Source: an uncultured delta proteobacterium (GTDB lineage: Bacteria; Myxococcota_A; UBA9160; SMWR01). Taken from it: 64,000 bases of DNA. How positions within the stretch are numbered: the first letter of the stretch is position 1; every line of letters begins with the position of its first letter. Where the stretch lies: positions 704,001 to 768,000 of the forward strand of contig CAWHTE010000001.1 in NCBI GenBank assembly GCA_963832165.1, written 5' to 3'. Positions 38,490-49,821 of this stretch are shown here, one piece after another. Position numbers and translations under genes: made by a program. The notes beneath the pieces were generated by a model, which worked only from the letters and a program-made list of their open reading frames with translations, had not been told where the DNA came from and ran no database searches.

Positions 38490-38777
38490 TCAGCCCGCGA
38501 GCTCGTTCATCGCGTGCGCGAGGTCGACGTCGTTCTGGGTGATGCCGCCCGCGTCGTGCGTCGTGAGGTCGACGACGACGCGGCCGTAGACGTTGAACCA
38601 CTCGGGATGGTGGTCGCGCTTCTCGGCGACGAGCGCCACCGCGCTCATGAACGAGAACGCTCGCACGAAGTTCGCGAAACGGAACTCGCGGTGGAGCTTC
38701 CCGTTCTCGATCGACCAGCCCGACAGCGCCGCGACCGCGCTGCCGAGCTCCTGCTCGGAGAGGGGGGTGCGTTTCAC
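38490..38777 (-). CDS. phhB: Pterin-4a-carbinolamine dehydratase
   Basis: [20 protein letters not shown]. Confidence 0.92.
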   Translation of the reverse strand: MKRTPLSEQELGSAVAALSGWSIENGKLHREFRFANFVRAFSFMSAVALVAEKRDHHPEWFNVYGRVVVDLTTHDAGGITQNDVDLAHAMNELAG

Positions 38778-40045
38778 GTTCGACCTCCGTCGGTTGGCGG
38801 CGCGAAGATGACGCCGTCGCGGCGCAGCACCTCCAGCTCGCGGTCGTCGATCCCGACCTCGCGCAGCACGGCTTCGGTGTGCTCGCCGAGACACGGTGTT
38901 GCCGCGACCGGGCCCTCGGGCGCGCCGGAGAGCTTCACGGGATTGCCCGGGACGAGCATGGGCCGCGGGTCGTCGACGCGCGGCACTTCGATGAGCATGT
39001 CGCGCGCGGCCACGTGCGGGTCCGCGTGGAGATCCGGCGCGAGGTTGCTCGGGCCGGCCGGGATGCCCTCCGCGGCGAGCACCCGCGAAGCCTCGAGCTT
39101 GGTCATGTCGCGCGCCCAGGCCTCGACCGCGGGTCGCACCACGGACTCGCGGTGCTCCGCCCAGCCCTCACGCGTGGCGAAGCGCGGATCGCTGCACCAG
39201 CCCGACTGACCCACGAGCTCTGCGAGCCGCTCGAGCTGGTGATCGCGCAGGATCGCCATCACGAAGTAGCCGTCGGATGCGGCGAACGCCGAGACGATCC
39301 CGACGCGTCCCGCGGTCGCCGCGCTCGGCGGCTCGCCCACCGACCACATGAACGGGACCATGTCGGTCATCGCGACCATCGCGTCGAACATCGAGATGTC
39401 GACGTGCTGACCGCGGCCGGTGCGCTCGCGCTGGCGCAGCGCCGCGAGCATTCCGATCAGCGCGTAGAGCGCGCTCGCGTTGTCGCCGAGCGCGCCCGCC
39501 ACCACCACGGGCGGCGGCTCGCCGGGGCGTCGGATCGGCTCGTAGAGCCCGGCCATCGCCTCGGCGATCGGCGCGTAGGCGGGCCAGTCCGAGTACGGCG
39601 TCGGCGCGAGGTGCCCGAAGCCCGTGATCGACACGTAGACGAGCGGTGGGTGGAGCGCCGCGAGCGCGGCATAGCCGAGACCCATCCGCTCCAGCGCACC
39701 GGGCTTGAAGTTCTCCGCGAGCACGTCGAAGTGCGGAACCAGGCGGCGCAACAGCGCCGCGCCCGCGGGCGCCTTCCAGTCGATCCCGATGCTGCGCTTG
39801 GAGAGGTTGTTGCGCAGATAGGTCGCGCCGACCTTCCGGCCGTCGCGGTCGGTGATCTGGGGGCGCGATGCGCGCCCCGACTCGCCTTGGATCGGGTGCT
39901 CGACCTTCACGACGTCTGCGCCCAGATGCGCGAGCAGCTGCGTCGCGAACGGCAGCGCCTGCATCTGCTCGACGGCGAGCACGCGCACCCCGTCGAGGGG
40001 CCGGGCGGCGCCACGCTCGGCATGGCGCACCTCGTTGAGACGCAA
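38774..40045 (-). CDS. CaiB/BaiF class III CoA transferase
   Basis: [29 protein letters not shown]. Confidence 0.92.
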   Translation of the reverse strand: MRLNEVRHAERGAARPLDGVRVLAVEQMQALPFATQLLAHLGADVVKVEHPIQGESGRASRPQITDRDGRKVGATYLRNNLSKRSIGIDWKAPAGAALLRRLVPHFDVLAENFKPGALERMGLGYAALAALHPPLVYVSITGFGHLAPTPYSDWPAYAPIAEAMAGLYEPIRRPGEPPPVVVAGALGDNASALYALIGMLAALRQRERTGRGQHVDISMFDAMVAMTDMVPFMWSVGEPPSAATAGRVGIVSAFAASDGYFVMAILRDHQLERLAELVGQSGWCSDPRFATREGWAEHRESVVRPAVEAWARDMTKLEASRVLAAEGIPAGPSNLAPDLHADPHVAARDMLIEVPRVDDPRPMLVPGNPVKLSGAPEGPVAATPCLGEHTEAVLREVGIDDRELEVLRRDGVIFAPPTDGGRT

Positions 40046-40204
40046 GTTCGCATTCCTCCGGGGTAACTCGCGAACGAACGGGACGATACAGCGCGAAAGT
40101 TTCGAGCCCTTGGGCGCCAGCGCGCCACTACACCATACCTGGGCAGGGCCGCGCGGCCCCGCGCTCCTAGCCGACCGGGCTGCGCGCGATTCGCTGAGGC
40201 GCTC

Positions 40205-40930
40205 ATGCTGCGTTCCCCTGCCGTTTCGCTCGCTGCCCTCCTGCTCAGTGCAGCTTCACCCGCTGCCGCCGTGACGATAGGTTTTGAGGAGTTCGCGCAC
40301 GGCGACATTGTCGCGGCGCCCGTCGCGTCCCATGCGGGCTACACGCTCGTCGTGGAGAACCTTTCCAGGACGTTCGACGCCGGGGTCGCGTTCGACACCG
40401 GCGAGACGGGTACCGCCGACCTCGATCTCGAGCGCGGCAGCGGCTTCGCGACCGGAAACATCGCGGATGGGGTTCTCGGCAACATCCTGGTGCTGCAGGA
40501 GCGCGACAACTGCAGCGCGACGAGCTGCTCCGACCCGGACGACGAGGCCAGACGGCCGGCCGGGGAGTTCACGTTCCTGCTCGACGAGATCGCAACGGGC
40601 GGGTTCTCGTTCGATCTGGTCGACGTGGATGACGAAACCGCCGAAAATGGCCGGATCACGTTCCTCTTGTTGGAGAACGGCCAGGTCGACGTGTCGGTGG
40701 CGTCCTACTCGTTCGCGGAGTTCCTGGGCTTCGGGCAGGACGTCGACTACGGCAACAACTCGGCCAATCACATCGAGTTCACGGAGCTGGGCGCATTCAA
40801 CGCGTTCACGATCGTGATGGGCGGCTCGGGCGGGATCGACAACATCGTCGCGGTGCCCGAGCCGACTACCGGAGCACTGCTCGTCCTCGGCTTGATCGGT
40901 CTCGCCGCGTATACGCACCGTCGCCGCTGA
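40205..40930 (+). CDS. PEP-CTERM secreted protein
   Basis: Signal peptide; acidic body; VPEPTTGALLVLGLIGLAAYTHRRR. Confidence 0.9.
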   Translation: MLRSPAVSLAALLLSAASPAAAVTIGFEEFAHGDIVAAPVASHAGYTLVVENLSRTFDAGVAFDTGETGTADLDLERGSGFATGNIADGVLGNILVLQERDNCSATSCSDPDDEARRPAGEFTFLLDEIATGGFSFDLVDVDDETAENGRITFLLLENGQVDVSVASYSFAEFLGFGQDVDYGNNSANHIEFTELGAFNAFTIVMGGSGGIDNIVAVPEPTTGALLVLGLIGLAAYTHRRR

Positions 40931-41023
40931 CAGCCGGCGCGCGCAGCCCGACGTTTGCGCGCGGGCTCCGGATCGTCGAACGTCCCCCGACCGGCCCGGT
41001 CGGGCCGTTCGTAAAGGAGTTCC

Positions 41024-41911
<888 letters not shown>

Positions 41912-41913
41912 TC

Positions 41914-43104
41914 TTGTTCCTCGATCTCTTCTACGGCCTGCGCGACGAGGGCGTCCCCGTCGCGATCCAGGAATGGATGATGCTCATGCGCGCGCTCGCG
42001 ATGGGCCAGCACGGGTCGTCGCTCGACGGGTTCTACCACGTCTCGCGCGCATGCCTCGTGAAGAGCGAGACCTACTTCGACGCATTCGACCGCGTGTTCG
42101 CGCGCGTGTTCCGCGGCGTGGAGGGCGAACTCTCGGTCACCGACGAGCTGCTCGAGTGGCTCAAGAACCCCGAGAACTTCAAGGAGATGACCGACGAGCA
42201 GCGCGCGATGCTCGAGGAGCTCTCGCGCGACGAGCTCTTGCGGCGATACCTCGAGACGCTGCAGCGCCAGACCGAGCGCCACGACGGCGGCGGGCGCTGG
42301 ATCGGCACGGGCGGCCACTCGCCGTTCGGTCACGGCGGCGAGCATCCCACCGGCATCCGCGTCGGCGGGCAGAGTCAGCGCAAGTCGGCGATGAAGGTCG
42401 CCGAGGAGCGGCGCTACAAGGACTATCGCACCGACGAGGCGCTCGACCTGCGCGGCACGGTCGTTGCGCTCAAGCGATTGCGCCAGCTCACGCGCCAGGG
42501 GCGCGCCGACGAGCTCGACCTCGACGGGACCGTCGACGAGACGTGCCGCAACGCGGGCGAGATCGAGCTGATCTTCCGGCCCGAGCGCAAGAACAACGTG
42601 CGCCTGCTGCTGCTGATGGACGTGGGTGGGTCGATGGACCCGTACTACAAGCCGGTGAGCCGGCTGCTCACTGCGCTGCACGCCGCTCGCGGCTTGCGCG
42701 ATTTCCGCGCCTACTACTTCCACAACTGTGTGTACGAGAACATCTACACCGACGCGCGGCTCCTGCGCAGCTCGGCGGTGCCCACCGGGGATCTGTTCCG
42801 GCAGCTCGACGAGCGCTGGAAGGTGGCGATCGTGGGCGACGCCGCGATGCATCCCCACGAGCTCATGAGCGCGTACGGGAACATCGATCCGCGCAAGGAG
42901 ACCGAGACCGCGGGGATCGTCTGGCTCCAGCGGATCGCCGATCACTTCGAGCGCAGCGTCTGGCTCAATCCCGACCCCGAGAAGAGCTGGCGCTCGACGC
43001 GCACGACGGCGGCGATCGCGAGCGTGTTTCCGATGTTCCATCTCTCGATCGACGGGCTCGAGAATGCGGTCGCGGCGCTCGTGGGAGCGCGCAAGGTCGC
43101 CTAG
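41914..43104 (+). CDS. VWA domain protein (CoxE-like), MoxR partner
   Basis: TTG start; ERHDGGGRWIGTGG, DVGGSMDP, YFHNC, VGDAAM, WLNP. Confidence 0.88.
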   Translation: MFLDLFYGLRDEGVPVAIQEWMMLMRALAMGQHGSSLDGFYHVSRACLVKSETYFDAFDRVFARVFRGVEGELSVTDELLEWLKNPENFKEMTDEQRAMLEELSRDELLRRYLETLQRQTERHDGGGRWIGTGGHSPFGHGGEHPTGIRVGGQSQRKSAMKVAEERRYKDYRTDEALDLRGTVVALKRLRQLTRQGRADELDLDGTVDETCRNAGEIELIFRPERKNNVRLLLLMDVGGSMDPYYKPVSRLLTALHAARGLRDFRAYYFHNCVYENIYTDARLLRSSAVPTGDLFRQLDERWKVAIVGDAAMHPHELMSAYGNIDPRKETETAGIVWLQRIADHFERSVWLNPDPEKSWRSTRTTAAIASVFPMFHLSIDGLENAVAALVGARKVA

Positions 43105-43144
43105 AATCGCTCTCCCAATCTCTTCAACTCGAAAGGAGTCCCCC

Positions 43145-43627
43145 ATGCCGATCGCAGTGGGCGCCAAGGTTCCCGACGTGAAGATCAAGACGATGGTCGA
43201 CGGCAAGATGCAGGACGTCTCGACGGGCGAGCTGTTCGCGGGCAAGAAGACCGTGCTGTTCGCGGTTCCGGGCGCGTTCACGCCGACCTGCTCGATGCAG
43301 CATCTGCCGGGCTTCATCGCACATGCCAAGGACATCAAGGCGAAGGGCGTCGATCTGATCGCGTGCATCTCGGTCAACGACGCATTCGTGATGGATGCGT
43401 GGGGCAAGGACAAGGGCGCAGGCGACAGCGTGATGATGCTCGCCGATGGCAACGCCGACTTCGCGAAGGCGATGGGTCTCGAGATGGACGGCAAGGGCAT
43501 CGGATTCGGCACGCGCTCGCAGCGCTACGCCGCGGTGATCGAGAACGGCGTGGTCAAGGCGCTCAACGTCGAGAAGCCGATGAAGTTCGAGTGCAGCAGC
43601 GCGGACGCGATCCTCGACGCGCTCTGA
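43145..43627 (+). CDS. Peroxiredoxin (Prx5/redoxin type)
   Basis: PGAFTPTCS, SVNDAFVM, LADGN, RSQRY. Confidence 0.93.
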   Translation: MPIAVGAKVPDVKIKTMVDGKMQDVSTGELFAGKKTVLFAVPGAFTPTCSMQHLPGFIAHAKDIKAKGVDLIACISVNDAFVMDAWGKDKGAGDSVMMLADGNADFAKAMGLEMDGKGIGFGTRSQRYAAVIENGVVKALNVEKPMKFECSSADAILDAL

Positions 43628-44196
43628 TGGATCTCGCTGCGCTCTCCGCGCTCGCGCTGCCCGACCCGTCGGGTGCCGCGCACCGCCTCGGCGACTACTG
43701 GTCCGAGCGCCGCGTGGCGCTCGTGTTCCTGCGCCACTTCGGGTGACTCTTGTGCCGCGAGCACGCCGCGCAGTTGCGCGACGCATATCCGGAGGTGCAA
43801 CGCGCCGGCGCGGAGGTCGTGGCCGTCGGCACGGGCCCCTCGATGGCGCAGGCCTTCGTCGAGGACTATCGGATCCCGTATCCCGTGCTGATCGACGCCG
43901 ACGCGAGCGCGGCCAGGGCAGCGACAATCGGGCGGATGAGCTTCTTCGGGATGTTCACGCCCGCGTCGTACCCGGGCACGATCCGCGCGTGGCGGGCGGG
44001 GCACCGGATCGGCGCGTCGGGCAAGCGCGTGACGCAGCTCGCGGCGACATTCGTCATCGCCCCGCAGCAAGTCGCGCGCAGCGAGCCGCAGGCGAGCGAA
44101 GACCATCAGGGCGGGACGCTGGTCTACGAGCATCGCAATCGGCACGGCGCCGACCATCCGCCGCTCTCCGAAGTGCTAGCGGCTCTACGCGGTTAG
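43627..44196 (+). CDS. AhpC/TSA-like (PRXL2/SelL-type) selenoprotein with UxxC; in-frame TGA at 43744-43746 read as Sec
   Basis: ATG overlaps upstream stop; LVFLRHFG-TGA-LLCREH continues in the same frame into ORF 43750-44196. Confidence 0.85.
43764..43783 (+). promoter_or_regulatory. Candidate bacterial SECIS hairpin
   Basis: CG-C-CGCGC-AGTT-GCGCG-A-CG; apical loop with G followed by U, 25 nt after the UGA. Confidence 0.65.
44067..44110 (+). repeat. GNA-hairpin repeat copy C, in frame within the selenoprotein gene
   Basis: GCAAGTCGCGCGCAGCGAGCCGCAGGCGAGCGAAGACCATCAGG, translated QVARSEPQASEDHQ. Confidence 0.88.
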
Positions 44197-44212
44197 TCGG
44201 AGGAATCGAGAT

Positions 44213-45001
44213 ATGACGCGGCTCGACGGAAAGGTGGCGTTCATCACCGGCGCGGGATCCGGGATCGGCTTCGCGACCGCGCTGCGCTTCGCGCGCGAGG
44301 GCGCGATCGTGGCCGGACTCGACCTCGCCGAGTGCCCCGACTGGAAGCAGGTCGCCGACGCGGCGCGCGGCACGAGCTTCTACACGGCGGACGTGCGCGA
44401 TGCTGCGGCGCAGAATGCCGCGGTGACCGCGGTGCTCGAGCAGCACGGCGGGATCGACGTGCTCGTGACGGCCGCGGGGATCGCGGGCGGCGGCCCCGTG
44501 CACCTGATCACCTCCGAGGACTGGCAGCGCGTGCAGGACGTGAACCTCACGGGCACGTTCCTGTCGGCGAAGGCAGTGCTTCCGTCGATGATCGCGCGCC
44601 GCCGCGGCAGCATCGTCACGATCGCGAGCGTCGAGGGCCTCGAGGGCTGCGAAGGCGGCAGCACGTACAACGCGTCCAAGGGCGGCGTCGTGCTGCTCAC
44701 CAAGAACATGGCGATGGACTACGGCCGGATCGGCATCCGCGTGAACTGCATCTGCCCCGGCTTCATCGACACGCCGCTGTTCCGCAAGACGGTGGGCGGA
44801 GCATTTCCGGAGGCGAACCGCGAGCGGATCCGCGAGCAGCACAAGCTCGGCCGCTTCGGGCGTCCCGAAGAGATCGCAGGTGCGGTGCTGTTCCTGGCCT
44901 CCGACGACGCGTCGTTCGTGTCGGGCGTCGCGCTGCCCGTCGACGGCGGCTACACCGCGGGGCACTCGGCGGGCGTCGCGGAGATGATGGGGCTCGTGTA
45001 G
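44213..45001 (+). CDS. Short-chain dehydrogenase/reductase
   Basis: TGAGSGIG, YNASK, NCICPG. Confidence 0.93.
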   Translation: MTRLDGKVAFITGAGSGIGFATALRFAREGAIVAGLDLAECPDWKQVADAARGTSFYTADVRDAAAQNAAVTAVLEQHGGIDVLVTAAGIAGGGPVHLITSEDWQRVQDVNLTGTFLSAKAVLPSMIARRRGSIVTIASVEGLEGCEGGSTYNASKGGVVLLTKNMAMDYGRIGIRVNCICPGFIDTPLFRKTVGGAFPEANRERIREQHKLGRFGRPEEIAGAVLFLASDDASFVSGVALPVDGGYTAGHSAGVAEMMGLV

Positions 45002-45053
45002 GGCGGGAGAAGCGAGCGAAGCGAGCGGATCCCGCCGCGCGCCGAAGGCGCGC
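45002..45053 (+). repeat. Post-stop GGCGGGA...TCCCGCC hairpin element (second family) plus GCGCGCC-GAA-GGCGCGC hairpin
   Basis: Arms at 45002-45008 and 45030-45036 enclosing GCGAAGC; same arms at 57738-57766. Confidence 0.7.
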
Positions 45054-45067
45054 CGGGCAACCCGGGC

Positions 45068-47083
45068 TCAGAGCGCCGCGGAGACCGCGGTGGCCTCGTA
45101 GATCGCCTCTTCGAACGTGCGCGGCGCGACGCAGTCTCCGATCCGGTGCACCGCGGCGCGGCCCCCCGCGAGCACGGCCGCGAGCGCGTCGTCGGGAGCG
45201 AGCGCATCGGACAGCACCACGGTGTCGGCGGCGATCTCGCGCTGCGCTCCGTCGGCGAGAGCGATGTGCACGCGCTCGCGCTCGATCGCGACCAGCTGCG
45301 CGCCGCTGTGGCGCGCGACGCCGTGCTCGGCGAGCAGGTGGACCGCGCGCCAACGCCGCGGGGGCGCCATCTCGGGCGCGAGCACCGCCTGCGCCGCGAT
45401 CAGCGACACGCTCGCGCCGAGCTCGGCGAGGCGCTCCGCGATCTCCACGCCCACGAGTCCGCCGCCGACGACGGCGACGTGCGTTCCGTTCGCGAGCGCG
45501 GTCTCGATGCCGCCGCGCAGCTGCCACGGGTCGAGCACGTGTGCGGCATCGGCTCCGGGGATGCGCGGCCGCATGCGCTGTGCGCCGACGGCCACGACCA
45601 CGGCGTCCGGATCGAGCTCGGCCACGAGCGCCGCGTCCACTTCGCAGCCGAGCCGCAGCTCGATCTTCGAAGCCGACACGGCACGCAAAAGCTCGTCGAG
45701 CAGCGGCGCGTTGTTCGGCTCGGCCGACACGGCCGCGAGCGCGAGACCGCCGAGCTCGGGCTCGCGTTCGCACAGCGTCACCGCGTGTCCGCGCAGCGCG
45801 AGCAGGCGCGCCGCCTCGAGGCCGGCCGGGCCACCGCCCGCTACGAGCACGCGCCGCGGCCGCGCGGCGGGCTCGACGCGCAGCTCGGCCTCGCGGCCCG
45901 CGCGCGGGTTTACCGCGCAGCTTGCAGCGCGGCGCAGGAAGATGTTCCCGACGCAGCGATAGCTGTAGATGCAGCGGGAGACTGCGGCGTCGCCGCGCGC
46001 GAGCTTCGCGGGCAGCTCGGGATCGGCGATCAGCGCGCGGCCCCACGCCACGAAGTCCGCATCGCCGTCGGCGATCGCGCGCTCGGCGGCGTCGGGTGCG
46101 ATCCGCCCGACGGCGATCACGGGCACCGCGACGCGCCGCTTGATGCCGCGCGCGAGATCGAGATAGGCCGACGGCTGATGAGGCAGCGGCGCATCGGTGA
46201 ACGCGATCGCGGAGCGCGGATCGGCGTAGGCCGACACGTGCACCGCGTCGAGCCCCGCAGACGCGGCGAGCTCTGCGGTGCGCTGCGCGTCGGCCTGCGT
46301 GATTCCGTTGGCCTTGTGGAACTCGACGCCGTCGAGCCGGCACCACACCGGGAACGCGTCACCGACCCGGTCGCGCACGGCGCGAATCACGCGCAAGAGC
46401 ACGCGCGCGCGGTTCTCGAGCGGCCCGCCGTACGCATCGGTGCGGTGATTCGTCGAGAGGGAGAGGAACGAGGAGATCAGGTAGCCGTGTCCCGCATGGA
46501 TCTCGATACCGTCGAACCCCGCGCTGCGCGCGCGCTCGGCGGCATCGGCGAACCAGCCGCACAGCGTCGTGATGTCGTCTTCGGTCACGACGTGGAACGC
46601 GAGGCGGCTGGTCGGCTGCATGAACGGCGAGCTGACGGCCGCGATCTCCTCCGGCAGGAGCGCGTCGAAGAGATCGCCGGCCTTCTCGGGCAGCTCGGTC
46701 GGCACCCAGAGCGGCCGCCCCGCGATCACGTCCTGGAGCGAGGTCTTGCCCGCGTGCTGGAGCTGCACCGCGATCGCGGCGCCGTGTGCGTGCACGCGGT
46801 CGGTCATCGCGCGGAACGCCGGAACGAACTCATCGCGCGAGAGGCCCATGTTATTCGGGTTCGAGACGCCCGCGGGCCACGCGACCCCCGTGACGCCGAC
46901 GATGATCATCCCGACGCCGCCCTTCGCGCGCTCCTCGTAGAAGCGCGTGATCCGCTCGCCGGGAGTGCCGTCCTCCGCCTCGAGGTTGGTGCCCATCGGC
47001 GTGAGACAGATCCGGTTGCGCAGCGTGAGCGAACCGATCTGCCCCGGCGACAGCAGATGCGGATACCGCGCGGCGATCGTCAC
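45068..47083 (-). CDS. NADH:flavin oxidoreductase (OYE-like; 2,4-dienoyl-CoA reductase/BaiCD family)
   Basis: QLQHAG, EIHAGHGYL, YGGPLENR, CIYSYRC...CAVNP, GGGPAG. Confidence 0.9.
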   Translation of the reverse strand: MTIAARYPHLLSPGQIGSLTLRNRICLTPMGTNLEAEDGTPGERITRFYEERAKGGVGMIIVGVTGVAWPAGVSNPNNMGLSRDEFVPAFRAMTDRVHAHGAAIAVQLQHAGKTSLQDVIAGRPLWVPTELPEKAGDLFDALLPEEIAAVSSPFMQPTSRLAFHVVTEDDITTLCGWFADAAERARSAGFDGIEIHAGHGYLISSFLSLSTNHRTDAYGGPLENRARVLLRVIRAVRDRVGDAFPVWCRLDGVEFHKANGITQADAQRTAELAASAGLDAVHVSAYADPRSAIAFTDAPLPHQPSAYLDLARGIKRRVAVPVIAVGRIAPDAAERAIADGDADFVAWGRALIADPELPAKLARGDAAVSRCIYSYRCVGNIFLRRAASCAVNPRAGREAELRVEPAARPRRVLVAGGGPAGLEAARLLALRGHAVTLCEREPELGGLALAAVSAEPNNAPLLDELLRAVSASKIELRLGCEVDAALVAELDPDAVVVAVGAQRMRPRIPGADAAHVLDPWQLRGGIETALANGTHVAVVGGGLVGVEIAERLAELGASVSLIAAQAVLAPEMAPPRRWRAVHLLAEHGVARHSGAQLVAIERERVHIALADGAQREIAADTVVLSDALAPDDALAAVLAGGRAAVHRIGDCVAPRTFEEAIYEATAVSAAL

Positions 47084-47285
47084 GCGCGCATTCTAGCGGT
47101 CGCTCCGGGCGTCGAGAGCGCCCAGGACCGGACAGCCGAAGCTTCGGTCCGACGGTTCCATTAGGGAATCATTTTTCCGCTGCGGCGGAACATCCCTTCC
47201 GAGGGACAGGTCACCTAGTTCGATATTCAAACTAGATATCCAATAGATCCGGGTACCTAGGACGTTCGCCCGCCAGGAAAATCCC

Positions 47286-47301
47286 TGGCACGACAGTTGC
47301 T
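47286..47301 (+). promoter_or_regulatory. Sigma54 (-24/-12) promoter of PEP-CTERM gene
   Basis: TGGCAC-GACAG-TTGCT, perfect consensus, in an AT-rich intergenic region. Confidence 0.8.
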
Positions 47302-47337
47302 TAGGGATCGAACATCCTTGGGAAGGAGGAGTCTGCC

Positions 47338-47988
47338 TTGCTGTCTCGAATGCTCTCGCTCCCCGCGCTCGCTGTGGTGCTGCTGGTCGCGGGCTCGGCC
47401 TCGGCGATCTCGACCATCTACGACATGTCCGGGTCGACGATGACGATGACCAACCAGGCGTGCCCCGGGGTTCCCCCGTGCACCGTGGCCGTGACCGGCA
47501 CGCTCACGCTCGACGACGACCTCGGCGGCAACGTCTCGCTCACGGATTTGAACCTGGCTCATGAGCCCTACCAGGTGGGGAGCCCGGTCTTCGTCAACGT
47601 GTTCATCGATCGCGACAGCATCACGCTCACCTCCCCTCCGGTCCTGGGTACCGGCACCACGCTCAACGGCAACACCGCATTCGGGTCCGCCTCGATCACG
47701 CAGGTCGGCACGACCAACTGCTCGGACGGTCTGCTCGCCACGTGTGCTCTCGCGGGTCTTCCGCCGGGCAGCAGCCCGCTCACGTCGCCGATTGTCATCG
47801 ACCTCGGGAACTGGGCGTTCAATGGGCTCGGCATTCTGACCGCGAATATCACGTACACCAACAACGCGAACCCGCCTGCTACCGAGATCCTGTACCTGTA
47901 CGGCACGCCGGTGCCCGAGCCCGCGACGGCGGTGCTCATGGTGATGGGCCTGGTCGGGATGGCGATCCGCCGCCGCATGGAGCGCTGA
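47338..47988 (+). CDS. PEP-CTERM secreted protein
   Basis: AAGGAGG RBS; signal peptide; VPEPATAVLMVMGLVGMAIRRR. Confidence 0.9.
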   Translation: MLSRMLSLPALAVVLLVAGSASAISTIYDMSGSTMTMTNQACPGVPPCTVAVTGTLTLDDDLGGNVSLTDLNLAHEPYQVGSPVFVNVFIDRDSITLTSPPVLGTGTTLNGNTAFGSASITQVGTTNCSDGLLATCALAGLPPGSSPLTSPIVIDLGNWAFNGLGILTANITYTNNANPPATEILYLYGTPVPEPATAVLMVMGLVGMAIRRRMER

Positions 47989-48018
47989 GCGAGCCGCTTC
48001 GCTTCCGACTTCCCGTAA

Positions 48019-48051
48019 CGAGCGCGGAGACCGGACTGGTTTCCGCGCTCG
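48019..48051. terminator. Stem-loop between convergent genes
   Basis: CGAGCGCGGAGACC-GGACT-GGTTTCCGCGCTCG. Confidence 0.55.
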
Positions 48052-48066
48052 CTCCGTTTCGAGGGG

Positions 48067-48906
48067 TCAGAGCGCGGCGAGGATCTGCTCGATCGCATCG
48101 ACGGCGCCGCCCTCGGCGTTGCTGCGCACGACCCGTCGCGCTGCGGCGCGCACCTCGGGCAGCGCGTTGCCCATCGCGATCCCGAGTCCGACGCGGCCCA
48201 ACAGCTCGGCATCGTTGGTGTCGTCGCCGACGGCCGCGATCTCGTCGGGTGCGATGCCCCAGGAGGTCGCGAGTCGCTCGAGTGCCCGCCATTTGCCCGC
48301 GTCGGGCGACTGGAACTCGAGGATCTGGCCCTGATAGTTCTTGTTGAGCAGCCAGTGGGTCTGGATCCGATCGCCGAAGAGCTCGTGCGCGCGGCTGCGC
48401 AGCGGCGCAAGCGACTCCGCGTCGGCCATCGTGCTCACCATGATCACGCGTTCGCGGTCCATCGTCGCGACGTCGTCCACGACCGTGACCACCCCGATCT
48501 GGTCGTCGACGTACTCGCGCTGGAACGCGTGCGCACGGTCCCGGCCCTCGGTGAAGATGTCGACGCCGTCGTGATAGCTGTCGATGTAGACGAGCGGAGG
48601 ACCGTGAGATCGCACGTGGGCGATCACCTCGTCGAATACGGGCGCGGGCAGATAGGCGTGCTGGACGGTTTCGCCGCTCGCGAGGTCCTTCACGAGCGCG
48701 CCGTTGTTGACGATGATCGAGCCCGTGAGCCCGAGTGCGGTTGCATGGGGCAGGGCGGTGCGGAAGCGGCGCCCGGTGCACAGCACGATGCGCAGCTCGC
48801 CGTGCTGCGCCATGCGGCTCACGGCGCCCTGAACCGCCGGAGTGAGCTTCCCGTACGGATCGAGCAGCGTTCCGTCGAGGTCGAACGCGACGAGGCGGAT
48901 CGTCAT
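48067..48906 (-). CDS. Cof-type HAD hydrolase
   Basis: FDLDGTLL, CTGR, GDDTND, AMGNA. Confidence 0.92.
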   Translation of the reverse strand: MTIRLVAFDLDGTLLDPYGKLTPAVQGAVSRMAQHGELRIVLCTGRRFRTALPHATALGLTGSIIVNNGALVKDLASGETVQHAYLPAPVFDEVIAHVRSHGPPLVYIDSYHDGVDIFTEGRDRAHAFQREYVDDQIGVVTVVDDVATMDRERVIMVSTMADAESLAPLRSRAHELFGDRIQTHWLLNKNYQGQILEFQSPDAGKWRALERLATSWGIAPDEIAAVGDDTNDAELLGRVGLGIAMGNALPEVRAAARRVVRSNAEGGAVDAIEQILAAL

Positions 48907-49802
48907 GACGTGCGCCTGGCCTCGAGCTCTTCGAGCGATCTCGGCCAGTCCTTCTTCAGCAGCTGCGACAGCGCGCGGTCTGCGAGCAGCTTGCCGCCCG
49001 TCTGACAGCGCGCGCAGTAGTTGGTCTCGTTCGCGGCGTACACGATCCGCTGCACGGGGGCACCGCAGTCGGGGCAGGGCTGCCGATAGCGGCCGTGCAC
49101 CGCCATCTCGGGCCGGAACGCAGTCACCTTCTCGGGAAAGCCCTCACCGGTCTGCTCGCGCAGGCGTCCGGTCCAGAGCTCGAGGGTGTCGCGCGCGGCC
49201 GCGTGGAGACGCCGCCACTCTTCGTCCGAGAGCCGGCTCGTGAGCGTCACGGGCGAGAGCCGAGCCCGGTGCAGGATCTCGTCGGAGTAGGCGTTGCCGA
49301 TCCCGGACAGGATGTGGGGATCGGTGAGCGCGCGCTTGAGCGTGCGGTTCTCGGCGGACATGCGCGCGCGGAATTCCGCGAGGGAGGAGCCCGACACCTC
49401 GAGCCCGCCCGGGTCGTGTTCCGCGAGCGCGGACTCGCCGCGCACGAGGTAGAGCGACGCGCGCTTCTGGGTGCTCGCCTCGGTGAGCACGAGCGTTCCG
49501 GTGGAGAAGTCGACCGATGCGAGCCCGGTCTTGCGGGATGGCCGCGCTCCGCGCTCGCGCCAGTGGAAGCGACCCGCGATCATGAGATGGAAGATCAGGA
49601 ACAGTTCGTTTCCAGACGCGAACACGACGCGCTTGCCGAGCCGGCGCACGCCGCGCACCCGTTTCCCCTCGGCCGCAGAAATCGGCGGATCGAAGCTGCG
49701 CAAGAGCGACGGACCCACGACGCGCACGCGCTCGAGCGTCTGGCCCACGCAGCGCGCTGCGAGGCACTCGACGTAGACGGTGACGTCGGGGAGCTCGGGC
49801 AT
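48903..49802 (-). CDS. Fpg/Nei family DNA glycosylase
   Basis: MPELPDV, RLGK, HLMIAG, SGIGNAYSDE, CPDC...CARCQ zinc finger. Confidence 0.92.
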   Translation of the reverse strand: MPELPDVTVYVECLAARCVGQTLERVRVVGPSLLRSFDPPISAAEGKRVRGVRRLGKRVVFASGNELFLIFHLMIAGRFHWRERGARPSRKTGLASVDFSTGTLVLTEASTQKRASLYLVRGESALAEHDPGGLEVSGSSLAEFRARMSAENRTLKRALTDPHILSGIGNAYSDEILHRARLSPVTLTSRLSDEEWRRLHAAARDTLELWTGRLREQTGEGFPEKVTAFRPEMAVHGRYRQPCPDCGAPVQRIVYAANETNYCARCQTGGKLLADRALSQLLKKDWPRSLEELEARRTS

Positions 49803-49821
49803 CTGCGGGAGCATGTCCCAG

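Noticed and set aside
43744..43746. TGA as a nonsense mutation (pseudogene)
   Set aside because: It falls exactly at the redox Cys position and is followed by a SECIS-like hairpin
44065..44109. CAG...CAG as a target-site duplication of repeat copy C
   Set aside because: TCAGG is part of the consensus in copies B and D, which lack a matching 5' CAG
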